The notes: generated from the letters alone by a model not told the origin. A stretch of 35,071 nucleotides of DNA from an uncultured virus (IMG/VR IMGVR_UViG_3300034120_000663) (IMGVR_UViG_3300034120_000663); one strand, 5' to 3'. Positions 16,927 to 24,935 are shown, counted from the stretch's first letter. Numbers and translations are program-made.

Positions 16927-17304
16927 ATGAACCCCGAACAACTCACCCTGTTTGATCCCGATCTGTATCTGGTGCCACTGAGCACCGATCCAAACCATGT
17001 GCGCAATAAGGAGCAGTACTGGAGCACCCCTACGGTAACTACGGTAACTACTGTTGACCGTAGGTACAGCCTGGATGATCTCGGTGGAGTAACTGAGGTG
17101 GCAGAAGTACTTGCTTGCGCTAAGCAGCAGATCGCTGCGCTTCGTAAGCGAGCCGACTTCCCCAAGCCTGTGCTTACGCTTGCTGCTACACCAGTGTGGT
17201 CAATTGCTGACATCAACGCCTTCAAGGCCACGTGGAATCGTCGTGGCCCCCGTAAGCCTGCTGTGAAGCCCGTCCCTACGGAAGCAGTAGTGTCAGAAGA
17301 CTGA
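16927..17304 (+). CDS. AlpA/excisionase-like HTH DNA-binding protein
   Basis: LGGVTEVAEVL....QQI...RKRADFPKPV..L...PVW...DI; CAAGGAG SD; TATAAT at 16892. Confidence 0.75.
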   Translation: MNPEQLTLFDPDLYLVPLSTDPNHVRNKEQYWSTPTVTTVTTVDRRYSLDDLGGVTEVAEVLACAKQQIAALRKRADFPKPVLTLAATPVWSIADINAFKATWNRRGPRKPAVKPVPTEAVVSED

Positions 17305-17305
17305 C

Positions 17306-18385
17306 ATGGCACGCATTGGAGTAGCCAGTAGCGACTGGTTTGCGCCCGATCCCAGCCGGGGTCTCTCTGAAGAAGTTTGGGGAGGCTCCGGTTGGGCGCG
17401 TGTTGGGCAGTATCTTCCCTATCTACGGGAACAGCATGAAGTGATTGTTGGTGTTCTTGTGTGGGACAAAGATCACTTTGTCATTCGGCACGAAGACGAA
17501 ACGTCAGATGTAGACGTAGTCCTCATGCACCGCCTTATGCATAAGGGACTAACCGAAACAGTTGCGCTCGGAAGAGCAGCAGGTCAGAAGATCGTCAACG
17601 ACTTAGACGATTGGTATTGGGGACTTGACACTTCTAACGCTGCATTCAAAGCGTCACACCCCAAGTACAACGATCAAGAGGATCGGTACTCGTACAAGGG
17701 AATCCTGAGCAAGAGTGACCTTCTCATTGTCAGTACCCCTTACCTAGCAGACCGTGTTGCTGAGTGGGTCAAGGCTGATATCGTCGTACAACGTAATACT
17801 GTCGACGTGGATAGATTCTCAGTTAGAGAAGCCTCTGATACTACGTGCCCTGTTGTTGGCTGGGTTGGCTCCACTGCTCACAGGTCGAACGACCTAGAGA
17901 CAATGCGTGGCATTCTTGGGCCGATGAAGGCTGCCGACAAGATCAGGTTGATGCACGGTGGTCACCACCTACAGTACCCGTCGTACGCAGCAGGTATCGG
18001 AGTAGAGGAGGACGATGTCCTGTTCAAACTCCCGCTGAGCAGTCACTCAAACTATCCATCTCTGATGAAGATGGACGTTGGCATTGTTCCGCTTCGCGTC
18101 ACGCCCTTCAATCAAGCAAAGTCGTATATCAAGGGTCTTGAGTACGCCGCAGCGGGTATCCCGTTTGTCGCTCAAAGCATTGATGCATACGACGAACTAC
18201 GGAATGTGTATGACATTGGATTGACAGCGAAGTCTCCCAAAGACTGGGTCAGGCTCCTCAATCGTCTTCGTGATCCACACTTCCGTAAGGAAATGGCTGA
18301 GACGAACCTAGAAATGGTAAAGGCCCACGATGTTTCCATCGGGGCCAAACCATTCGTTGCTGCTATCAATAGCGTTATTCGGTGA
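17306..18385 (+). CDS. GT-B (GT4-like) glycosyltransferase
   Basis: DLDDW, VGWVGS..H..DL, DVGIVPL...FN.AKS.IKGLEYAAAGIP. Confidence 0.88.
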   Translation: MARIGVASSDWFAPDPSRGLSEEVWGGSGWARVGQYLPYLREQHEVIVGVLVWDKDHFVIRHEDETSDVDVVLMHRLMHKGLTETVALGRAAGQKIVNDLDDWYWGLDTSNAAFKASHPKYNDQEDRYSYKGILSKSDLLIVSTPYLADRVAEWVKADIVVQRNTVDVDRFSVREASDTTCPVVGWVGSTAHRSNDLETMRGILGPMKAADKIRLMHGGHHLQYPSYAAGIGVEEDDVLFKLPLSSHSNYPSLMKMDVGIVPLRVTPFNQAKSYIKGLEYAAAGIPFVAQSIDAYDELRNVYDIGLTAKSPKDWVRLLNRLRDPHFRKEMAETNLEMVKAHDVSIGAKPFVAAINSVIR

Positions 18386-18488
18386 CCTTGTCCTGAATGT
18401 ACACGATAGTAGCGTACCCATTCATCAGGTTTGGGTGCCAGTATGTACGCATGTACTCAAACCAGTCTTGACGCTGATTTTCGTCCAT
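18375..18488 (-). CDS. 37-aa hypothetical protein
   Basis: GGAAGGA SD then ATG: MDENQRQDWFEYMRTYWHP...; below the ORF-track cutoff. Confidence 0.4.
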   Translation of the reverse strand: MDENQRQDWFEYMRTYWHPNLMNGYATIVYIQDKVTE

Positions 18489-18544
18489 GTCCTTCCACAC
18501 ACCGAAGGACTCACCGATCTCAGGTGCTGATCCGATAGCCATTG

Positions 18545-18775
18545 TTATCGTCCGATGATGTTGTCGAAGCGCATCTGATATCGACTAACGGTGCATGTGC
18601 ACTCATCGATTTTGCTGTTCTTGTGCCAAGAGCACCATGAGGCATGGGCAAGAACGCCATTCTGTTGAATATCATCCCACCACTGAACAATGGCAAGCAG
18701 TTGCGAGCGCATCTCGGAGTTTTCATTCGCAAGCCACCCACGCTCGTTCTCGCCGTCCCGGTACGTCAGCATCAT
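18545..18775 (-). CDS. hypothetical protein
   Basis: ATGA overlap; H..WC...CTC. Confidence 0.6.
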   Translation of the reverse strand: MMLTYRDGENERGWLANENSEMRSQLLAIVQWWDDIQQNGVLAHASWCSWHKNSKIDECTCTVSRYQMRFDNIIGR

Positions 18776-18987
18776 GACAACTCTTCTTTCTCGTCCTCTA
18801 CCATGACTTCAACCTCTGTAAACGACGCATTACTACCCCATCCAAATCGGAAGTAGTCAAATCCGCCATCTACAAAGATGAAGTTCTCCCTGTCCTCGCA
18901 GTTGCACGTGACAAAGTTGTGTCGCCATTTAGATACGATAGTCGTATCACAGTGGTTGCAATGTAACCCTTTTGCTACCTTACTCAC
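18772..18987 (-). CDS. small zinc-binding phage protein
   Basis: AAGGAG SD then GTG; C..C...I.S..RH.F..C.C.....VDGG..Y.R motif common in phages. Confidence 0.75.
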   Translation of the reverse strand: MSKVAKGLHCNHCDTTIVSKWRHNFVTCNCEDRENFIFVDGGFDYFRFGWGSNASFTEVEVMVEDEKEELS

Positions 18988-19228
18988 GTGGTGCTCCTTC
19001 TTTTCCGATCTTGTTTGGGTACTTATGGGAGTTGAAGTAGTCAATCAACTCATGTAAGTCGCTTTGTGACATGGGCTGAACCTCATCAACTACAAGGGTA
19101 CGTCGTTGCTGGTTGAGCCTGTACAGCACAGATTCTTGCCAAGGCAGCAACTCCATTTCAAAGGTGTCACGTATGAACTGGACTTGCTCTGCGGTAGTGG
19201 GGTGAGGCAAGGGGATGTCACTGTTCAT
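18980..19228 (-). CDS. hypothetical protein
   Basis: ATGA overlap at 19225-19228. Confidence 0.6.
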   Translation of the reverse strand: MNSDIPLPHPTTAEQVQFIRDTFEMELLPWQESVLYRLNQQRRTLVVDEVQPMSQSDLHELIDYFNSHKYPNKIGKEGAPRE

Positions 19229-19575
19229 GCGACTTCCGTCCAGTACTCCCAACATGTTTCTCCTTCACATTCGCCTTTGGCATTACGCCGAAAGCGCGCC
19301 CATTGCTGTCGGTACTTCGTGCGGTATCGCTTGACGTGCTCGTACTTCAACACCTTGAAGAGCGTCACTTCGGTTGCCACCGAATATGAGCCAGCCTCTT
19401 CTTCACTTACGATCTCCTCTGGGCCGCAGACCCATTCCGACCAGTCAGACCAGGGGTACTCAATCTCAAACTGGGCAATGGTCGGCAACATACTTTCTTC
19501 CTTTCCATGCCATACAGAAGGCTCACCAACCATTCGTGCAATGGGCTTTGGGATGGTTGGGTAGTTACCGCTCAT
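19225..19575 (-). CDS. hypothetical protein
   Basis: GAGGT SD, ATGA overlap. Confidence 0.65.
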   Translation of the reverse strand: MSGNYPTIPKPIARMVGEPSVWHGKEESMLPTIAQFEIEYPWSDWSEWVCGPEEIVSEEEAGSYSVATEVTLFKVLKYEHVKRYRTKYRQQWARFRRNAKGECEGETCWEYWTEVA

Positions 19576-19796
19576 AGTTCAACCTCAAGTCTTTCTTGGT
19601 TGGCTCTCCACTTTTCTTGACGGACATGTCTACGGAGTTCACGCTTGTACTTGCGAATTGCTCCGCTACGGGTGATTCCGTGTGCCCGGTACATCCAGAT
19701 GTACGTGTAAAGAGTTTCCTTGGTATAGCGTGTTACCGCTTCCCAGCGGAACCGGCCTACTCGTACAACGGTAATGTCGTACTTAGTGTCGCTCAT
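19572..19796 (-). CDS. basic hypothetical protein
   Basis: ATGA overlaps on both sides. Confidence 0.65.
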   Translation of the reverse strand: MSDTKYDITVVRVGRFRWEAVTRYTKETLYTYIWMYRAHGITRSGAIRKYKRELRRHVRQEKWRANQERLEVEL

Positions 19797-20083
19797 GGCC
19801 GACCCGCGTTCCAGAGCGCTGCCGCCATCGCGCCCTCGGCATCGTGCCGGGGCGACTCCATCCAGCAGTCACACACGTGTTCGTTGCTGTACGCCTGCTT
19901 CTTGGGGCACCAATAGCCACGAAGCCTGCAGCCGCGATCGTGCTTGTCGGCGTGGTGCCCGCAATAGGTGCAGCGGCCATCCTCGTCGTACATCATCCGA
20001 CCGATGCGGTTGTAGTACGGGAACTTCCCGACAATCATCCACTCCCGGCGGTCGACGCTGTAGGTGTAGGTAGGTGCCCTCAC
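19793..20083 (-). CDS. Cys/His-rich hypothetical protein
   Basis: GTGA overlap; CTYCGHH..H...C...CDC. Confidence 0.65.
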   Translation of the reverse strand: MRAPTYTYSVDRREWMIVGKFPYYNRIGRMMYDEDGRCTYCGHHADKHDRGCRLRGYWCPKKQAYSNEHVCDCWMESPRHDAEGAMAAALWNAGRP

Positions 20084-20448
20084 GACGCACCACCAGTCGT
20101 CGGGTGCAGCGTGACGGTGCCATCAGCGGCGAGGTGGATGACGGCGATACGCCGAGAACCGGCATTCTGGTCTGCTAAATCCCTAGATAAACAAGATACA
20201 ACCAGATCACGCCCGACCGGGAGCCATGGGTAGACGTTGATCCACCGCTCAGGGTACGTCGGCGGCGGTTCGACCTTGACCCAGTTACCGTTGATGCGGA
20301 ATGAAGCCTCCCACTCTACGCCGTCGGGGAAGTTACCGATTGCGAGAAGGCACTCTTTGCCGACTGCTGTCACGGTGATCATCTTGCCCTCCGACCAGTT
20401 CGGTCGGCGCACTTGGTCACCGACCTGCGGAATGTATTCGTTGTTCAT
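20080..20448 (-). CDS. hypothetical with SH3/KOW-like N-terminus
   Basis: GAGGGAG SD; PQVGDQVR...ITVTAVG. Confidence 0.7.
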   Translation of the reverse strand: MNNEYIPQVGDQVRRPNWSEGKMITVTAVGKECLLAIGNFPDGVEWEASFRINGNWVKVEPPPTYPERWINVYPWLPVGRDLVVSCLSRDLADQNAGSRRIAVIHLAADGTVTLHPTTGGAS

Positions 20449-20458
20449 TTGTTCTCCC

Positions 20459-20641
20459 TCATTGTCTGCTTTGGTGTTCGACTACCAACTGTAGTCCTGT
20501 TACTTGATAACGACGGTGATTCCACGCACGTACTGTGTACATGTCGCGGTAAAGATGAGTAACCCAGTCACGTACATCTGCCTCCGTAATACCGGAGCAT
20601 GCTGCCAGGAGTGATGCCATGTCATTCACGACTATTCCCAC
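20459..20641 (-). CDS. hypothetical protein
   Basis: Fills the gap; start uncertain. Confidence 0.45.
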   Translation of the reverse strand: MGIVVNDMASLLAACSGITEADVRDWVTHLYRDMYTVRAWNHRRYQVTGLQLVVEHQSRQ

Positions 20642-20901
20642 TCAGGGTGGAGTAGGCGGTGCGTCTGGCAGGGCCAGAAGCGGCGGCAGGCAGTGCACTG
20701 CGGGTCATGTTCGGGTGCAGCGTCGGGCTGGTGCAGGGCGTCGATGGCGTCACGTTCAGCCCGTAGCCGTTCGATCTCGTCCAGCAGTTCACGGCGACGC
20801 GGGTCGATGTGGAACATGCCGCGAGTGCCTCTCGGCGTCATCATCCACTCGCCACTGATACGGCGATACTTGACATTGCCAATCACGATGTCGTCAGCCA
20901 C
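20632..20901 (-). CDS. mosaic-family protein (DEIERLRAERDAIDALHQP...CxxC..WPC)
   Basis: Starts at the linker GTG; paralogous to 23422-23700. Confidence 0.75.
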   Translation of the reverse strand: MADDIVIGNVKYRRISGEWMMTPRGTRGMFHIDPRRRELLDEIERLRAERDAIDALHQPDAAPEHDPQCTACRRFWPCQTHRLLHPEWE

Positions 20902-21160
20902 GACGGGCCTCCTCGTAGGCGGCTAGTGCATCGCAAACGGCAGACCACACCTTGTCTGTGTGTGCTGTCGGGCGGTCGGCTTTCACCGCCGCCAACGCCA
21001 TTGCCATCTGGTCTGCCAGGGCACGTTCTTTATCGATGATCTCAATCTTATTGATAAGCACGTTGATGGCCTTTGCTATGTCGCCCCTCAACTGGTTGAT
21101 CTTGTTCTCCGCCTTATCCAGGGCGGCTACGACCTCATCCATTGATTCCATATTGGTCAT
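20894..21160 (-). CDS. mosaic-family coiled-coil protein (ERALADQ...EEARRG)
   Basis: C-terminal half matches 1100-1387; start at 21160 or 21151. Confidence 0.7.
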   Translation of the reverse strand: MTNMESMDEVVAALDKAENKINQLRGDIAKAINVLINKIEIIDKERALADQMAMALAAVKADRPTAHTDKVWSAVCDALAAYEEARRG

Positions 21161-21323
21161 CCTCCATTCGTTGGAGAGCATCGGCAATATCCTCTGCCCA
21201 GTCAGGACTACACGTACACACTTCACCCCAGTAATAATCATCAGTACTGGTGATTACTGTTGCCCTCGGCTCCTCTTCGTCTGACCATCGGTCATGTCGA
21301 AGTACTGCGTAGGTTCTCTTCAC
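21135..21323 (-). CDS. acidic hypothetical protein
   Basis: GGAG SD, GTGA overlap. Confidence 0.55.
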   Translation of the reverse strand: MKRTYAVLRHDRWSDEEEPRATVITSTDDYYWGEVCTCSPDWAEDIADALQRMEDDQYGING

Positions 21324-21745
21324 TTTTGGTCTCCAGTCGGCCATACATAGGGAAGGTTGTCAGGAACGGTCGGCCAAACCAATCCATAGATATCGGGGCG
21401 CTTTCGCACAAGGTTTGAGCGATGCGAAAGCATGATGTCTTCACGGCTAAGCCACGCAGGCCAGGACGAGTCCATCGTTGGGGCCATCGGGTAGAACCGC
21501 TCCAGCATTGTGTCGTTGAATCCTCGCTTAATCCATTCACGGCACATTGCAATACCGTACTGAGCGAGTGCTTCTACGTGACCATCCCACATCTTGACAG
21601 CAGGGTGGTTCTTCCACCCATACGTAGGGGTGGTAAGAGACAGAACGATCTGCCACGCTTCTACACGCTGCTTGGAGAGTCTCTGCTGATCAAGCACACG
21701 GGCGTTAGCGGCAAAGTCTGCTCCATATGGTACGAACGTTTGCAT
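21320..21745 (-). CDS. MSMEG_6728-family / pyrimidine-dimer DNA glycosylase-like protein
   Basis: MQTF.PY.DF...A.VLD..RL.KQRVEA.QI...GW.NHPAV.MW...EW..RG..D...SHRSNL.RK.P..Y. Confidence 0.85.
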   Translation of the reverse strand: MQTFVPYGADFAANARVLDQQRLSKQRVEAWQIVLSLTTPTYGWKNHPAVKMWDGHVEALAQYGIAMCREWIKRGFNDTMLERFYPMAPTMDSSWPAWLSREDIMLSHRSNLVRKRPDIYGLVWPTVPDNLPYVWPTGDQK

Positions 21746-21746
21746 A

Positions 21747-22013
21747 TCAACCAGCCTTTGCTTCTTCAAGTAGACGAATCGTCAGTTGCTCGTACAGGGG
21801 CTTCACGTCCATCATCCGTCTCCGCTTAGCGGACGTTGCTGCCCAGATGCCCTCAGAGTCTGTCTCAATCGCTTCGATGAGGCACTCCAGGTTTACCGGG
21901 CACGATGCACACAACTTCTTAATCTTGTTGGGCATCGGCCCTTTGTCGTTGTCAAAGAACATAGGAAACGACATGTCTTTGCATGCCGCTCGCTGCATCC
22001 AGTCTTTGTTCAT
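21747..22013 (-). CDS. whiB: WhiB-family regulator
   Basis: WMQRAACK....FF....CASCPV...CL..A.....GIWAATS...R. Confidence 0.88.
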   Translation of the reverse strand: MNKDWMQRAACKDMSFPMFFDNDKGPMPNKIKKLCASCPVNLECLIEAIETDSEGIWAATSAKRRRMMDVKPLYEQLTIRLLEEAKAG

Positions 22014-22026
22014 GTGGTTCTCCTTG

Positions 22027-22902
22027 TTACTTGTTGCTCTTGACGGCAGCGGCCAATGAAGTCGGCTTGCCACTCTTATTGATAAGAGACGGCTTGGTGA
22101 ACCCTGCTGTATTGATCGGCATTTCGCCACCGAAGATGAGATACGAATCGCACCCTACTTTACGATGGTCGTTCATGTGCCTCCGTATCGAAGAGGCTGT
22201 GGGCACGAACGAACCATGTGGCAAAGCGTTGATCGCACACATGAGGTTTGCTGTCTTGCCCTGGAACTCACTTGCTAGAGCAAGCGACGCAACCATTCGC
22301 CCATTTACCTCTGGGTACGCATCGAACGAAAGCAGTTGCTCTGAGCCAGGCAGGTCGGCAAGAGCAGCGGAGAGCACACCGGAACTCCCGAGGTGGTTGG
22401 TGAACGGCTGCACTCCAGTAACAGGTGCAACGTATGTGCGAACAGTTTCCCAACGGTATACGAGCGTTCCCCAGTCGGACGTGCCGGGGTCGAACTCATC
22501 GCCCATGTCCCATGCGGCCATCCAGGAAACGTGAGGGAGCCAGAAGTCGATTGCTTCCTGACGAACCGCGGGGTCATCGCTCCAGATACGAGCGTCGTAC
22601 ACGACGGTTTTCATACCAGCGTTGGCATTGATCACCGTGAGTGCCAGGTACTGATCAGGCGGCAGGTAGCGAGACCCAGGGTTGGCAGCCGTGTAGTCGG
22701 ACGGGGGAGGCAAACAAGGCCCGAACGTGACGTTGATGCCAGCGTCCTTAGCGAGGGAATTGGCCTTGCGTTGAGCAAGAGGATCGGTAGGGTTCACTCC
22801 GCAGAACGCCCATGCCTGGGCTACTGGTCTTGCTGGTGATCCTTGGCATCCGCCGATCATGGTTAGGGCGGAGATAATCGCCGCCACAATACGCTTAGTC
22901 AT
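22027..22902 (-). CDS. lipoprotein, putative glycoside hydrolase-like barrel
   Basis: MTKR-hydrophobic-IGGC lipobox-like; AWDMGDE and SFDAYP resemble clan GH-A motifs. Confidence 0.65.
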   Translation of the reverse strand: MTKRIVAAIISALTMIGGCQGSPARPVAQAWAFCGVNPTDPLAQRKANSLAKDAGINVTFGPCLPPPSDYTAANPGSRYLPPDQYLALTVINANAGMKTVVYDARIWSDDPAVRQEAIDFWLPHVSWMAAWDMGDEFDPGTSDWGTLVYRWETVRTYVAPVTGVQPFTNHLGSSGVLSAALADLPGSEQLLSFDAYPEVNGRMVASLALASEFQGKTANLMCAINALPHGSFVPTASSIRRHMNDHRKVGCDSYLIFGGEMPINTAGFTKPSLINKSGKPTSLAAAVKSNK

Positions 22903-22931
22903 GTGGTTCTCCTTTTCGTAGTTACATCTTA

Positions 22932-22958
22932 CACGCTGTCTCACCATGAGACAACGTG
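22932..22958. repeat. palindrome copy 4 (extended hairpin)
   Basis: CACGC-TGTCTCA-CCA-TGAGACA-ACGTG. Confidence 0.9.
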
Positions 22959-23150
22959 GGTGATGAAGTTATCATCCTTGTTGAGATCACGACGGGCCTC
23001 CCAGTAGGCGACGGTCATAGCCATGCACGACCAACATCCACCGCACGGAGGCCACGACCAGCAGTCATGCTTGTGGTCGGCTTCGGTGTGGTGCGAGTCC
23101 GGCTCACCGCCCATGTGCGCCTTGCAGCGACAGAGCGGCTCACCGCTCAC
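22941..23150 (-). CDS. Cys/His-rich hypothetical protein
   Basis: Starts at the linker GTG (MSGEP). Confidence 0.6.
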   Translation of the reverse strand: MSGEPLCRCKAHMGGEPDSHHTEADHKHDCWSWPPCGGCWSCMAMTVAYWEARRDLNKDDNFITHVVSW

Positions 23151-23425
23151 GACGTGCCTCCTGGTTGGTGTCCTTCACGTAGCCACTGACTTTCGGCCCA
23201 CTTGCGAACCCACAACCGTTCGGTTGTCCATCGGCGGCGAGCAATCATGGACACAGGTTCCTCGGTGCGAACCAAACCGCCAACGGGCAAAGTGCCGGTG
23301 ATTTCGTACTCGTCTTCAAGTTTGACAACTCGTGATTGGTCGGTGCGATACCAGCCAGCAGAGGGTGGTGGTGGAACGTGTCCGCAATGCGGGCACTTGT
23401 CATCAGTCATCGGCTCACCGCTCAC
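23147..23425 (-). CDS. hypothetical with CPHCG motif
   Basis: Starts at the linker GTG (MSGEPMTDDKCPHCG). Confidence 0.65.
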   Translation of the reverse strand: MSGEPMTDDKCPHCGHVPPPPSAGWYRTDQSRVVKLEDEYEITGTLPVGGLVRTEEPVSMIARRRWTTERLWVRKWAESQWLREGHQPGGTS

Positions 23426-23700
23426 GACGGGCCTTCCTCGGGGTGGAGCAGGACGTGCGTCTTGCAGGGCCAGGGTTCGGTGAAGCAGACGCAGCACCAT
23501 TCACGATCGAACTGCGCTTCGGGCTGATGCAGTGCGTCGATGGCGTCACGCTCGGCCAGCAGCCGTTCGATCTCGTCGGCGGCTTCGCATCGCACGCACC
23601 CGACGCCGAACAACTCAGCGAGACCTGTCGACAGGCGGATTTCACCAGTCGGGGTCATGTGTAGGTGATCACGCAGTCGCTCCACAATGTCACCGCTCAC
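23422..23700 (-). CDS. mosaic-family protein (DIVERLRD...AADEIERL...WPC)
   Basis: Linkers at both ends; paralogy within the window. Confidence 0.75.
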   Translation of the reverse strand: MSGDIVERLRDHLHMTPTGEIRLSTGLAELFGVGCVRCEAADEIERLLAERDAIDALHQPEAQFDREWCCVCFTEPWPCKTHVLLHPEEGPS

Positions 23701-23879
23701 GACGGGCCTCCTGCCATGCGCTTGACGATGGCGTCACACAGCGCCTCGGCCAGTTCGTGGATGCGCAACTGGATGTCGTCGCCGGACGTGTCGATCCACG
23801 CGCTACCGGCGTTCATGAACGAGTGATCTCGCTCGTGCAGCACCTCGTCGATGATGGGGTACAACTCATCCTTGGTCAT
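23697..23879 (-). CDS. hypothetical protein
   Basis: GAGGAG SD then ATG (MTKDELYPII). Confidence 0.65.
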   Translation of the reverse strand: MTKDELYPIIDEVLHERDHSFMNAGSAWIDTSGDDIQLRIHELAEALCDAIVKRMAGGPS

Positions 23880-24159
23880 GGGGCATCTCCTCGGGGTGAA
23901 GTATCTGTTCGGTCGGGCAGTCGTGGAGGCCACACAAGCAGGCACTGAAGCCGATGGGCCGGTGTATGGCGTTGATGGCCTCGCGTTCGGCACGCAGACG
24001 AACGTTCTCTTCCCGCAGCAGTACTGCTTCCATGTATGACTGGTGCCACTTAGTGAACCAGTACGTCACTTCTTCCGATGCTCTGCCGAACATGTCTTGC
24101 ATGCGATTGATCTCTTGGAAGTTGGCGTAGTCGTCTTCTGCATGAAGGTTGTTCTTCAC
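23866..24159 (-). CDS. mosaic-family protein (RLRAEREAINAIHRP...CPT..LHPEE)
   Basis: CAAGGAG SD; C-terminal module shared with 20632-20901 and 23422-23700. Confidence 0.7.
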   Translation of the reverse strand: MKNNLHAEDDYANFQEINRMQDMFGRASEEVTYWFTKWHQSYMEAVLLREENVRLRAEREAINAIHRPIGFSACLCGLHDCPTEQILHPEEMPHDQG

Positions 24160-24186
24160 GATGTGTTTCTCCTTGTTGATAGTGAA

Positions 24187-24348
24187 TTACTTGTCGTTGG
24201 ACTTCTTGGGGACAACAACCCGGTGGCCTTCAGGCAAGTCAGGCGGTGCTTGTCCTGGTGTGTGCTTCTTGATCGGCCCCCAGGTCAACGGACGATCACG
24301 GGTTGCCATGATCCGGTCGTACTCTTCCTTGGTGAGTGCTTCTTGCAT
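24187..24348 (-). CDS. 53-aa hypothetical protein
   Basis: GGAGGT SD, TAATG coupling: MQEALTKEEYDRIM... Confidence 0.55.
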   Translation of the reverse strand: MQEALTKEEYDRIMATRDRPLTWGPIKKHTPGQAPPDLPEGHRVVVPKKSNDK

Positions 24349-24614
24349 TAGATTACCTCCCGCGCTCTTTGCGCCTCGTCCAGCATGATTTCTTCGATGT
24401 CTTCCAGTAGTTCACAGCAGAACTTAATCTGGTCTGCGTCTCCAGACCCTAGAGCCTCTGATACTTCCAGGCCAGCATGGTACCACTGGAGAAGTAGTGA
24501 ACGAAGGTACTGAACTTCTTCGACAGCATCCAGCAGCATCATTCCCACTTCTACGTTGCGCTGCTTCTTAGCCACATCGATCATTTCCTTACAGCGCATT
24601 GTCGTCCTTTCCAT
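24348..24614 (-). CDS. helical hypothetical protein
   Basis: Operon packing; start at 24614 or 24599. Confidence 0.65.
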   Translation of the reverse strand: MERTTMRCKEMIDVAKKQRNVEVGMMLLDAVEEVQYLRSLLLQWYHAGLEVSEALGSGDADQIKFCCELLEDIEEIMLDEAQRAREVI

Positions 24615-24690
24615 TGCGCTTATCGACTACCAGAACAACCACTGCCCATACCAGCATCGATATGAGAATGGCGTTGAATACGATGCTCAC
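24589..24690 (-). CDS. 33-aa single-TM protein
   Basis: GGAGG SD, GTGA overlap: MSIVFNAILISMLVWAVVVLVVDKR... Confidence 0.5.
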   Translation of the reverse strand: MSIVFNAILISMLVWAVVVLVVDKRNGKDDNAL

Positions 24691-24935
24691 GACTCATTCC
24701 TCCCGTGTCCGGCCTGCTTCATCCAGTAATCCGCCTGCTTCTGGTATTCAGCGGCCAGTCTCCTGTATGAGTCGGCTAGGTCGTCAGACAGGTTGACATC
24801 CTCCCACAAAGTCCGGTTCATCTTACGAAGTGTTCGTATACGTCGTTCTCTGGATACAGACCAGAACAGCACCACACCTGCTAACAGCCAGTCGACGGCC
24901 AGTTCCCAACCTGAGAGGTCACTAAAAATGCTCAT
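24687..24935 (-). CDS. TM plus coiled-coil hypothetical protein
   Basis: ATGA overlap; LAVDWLLAGVVLFW. Confidence 0.6.
   Translation of the reverse strand: MSIFSDLSGWELAVDWLLAGVVLFWSVSRERRIRTLRKMNRTLWEDVNLSDDLADSYRRLAAEYQKQADYWMKQAGHGRNES

Larger units (their letters stand above)
20894..23711 (-). repeat. five copies of gene-junction linker GGAGGCCCGTCGTG(AGCGGTGA)
   Basis: Copies at 20894-20914, 22987-23001, 23136-23161, 23411-23439 and 23690-23711. Confidence 0.85.

Noticed and set aside
17031..17050. TACGGTAAC tandem duplication
   Set aside because: Simple in-frame 9-bp duplication (TVT-TVT) with no evidence of function.
20723..23577. Diversity-generating retroelement TR/VR pair
   Set aside because: Both copies are coding, mismatches are not adenine-specific, and no reverse transcriptase is in the window.
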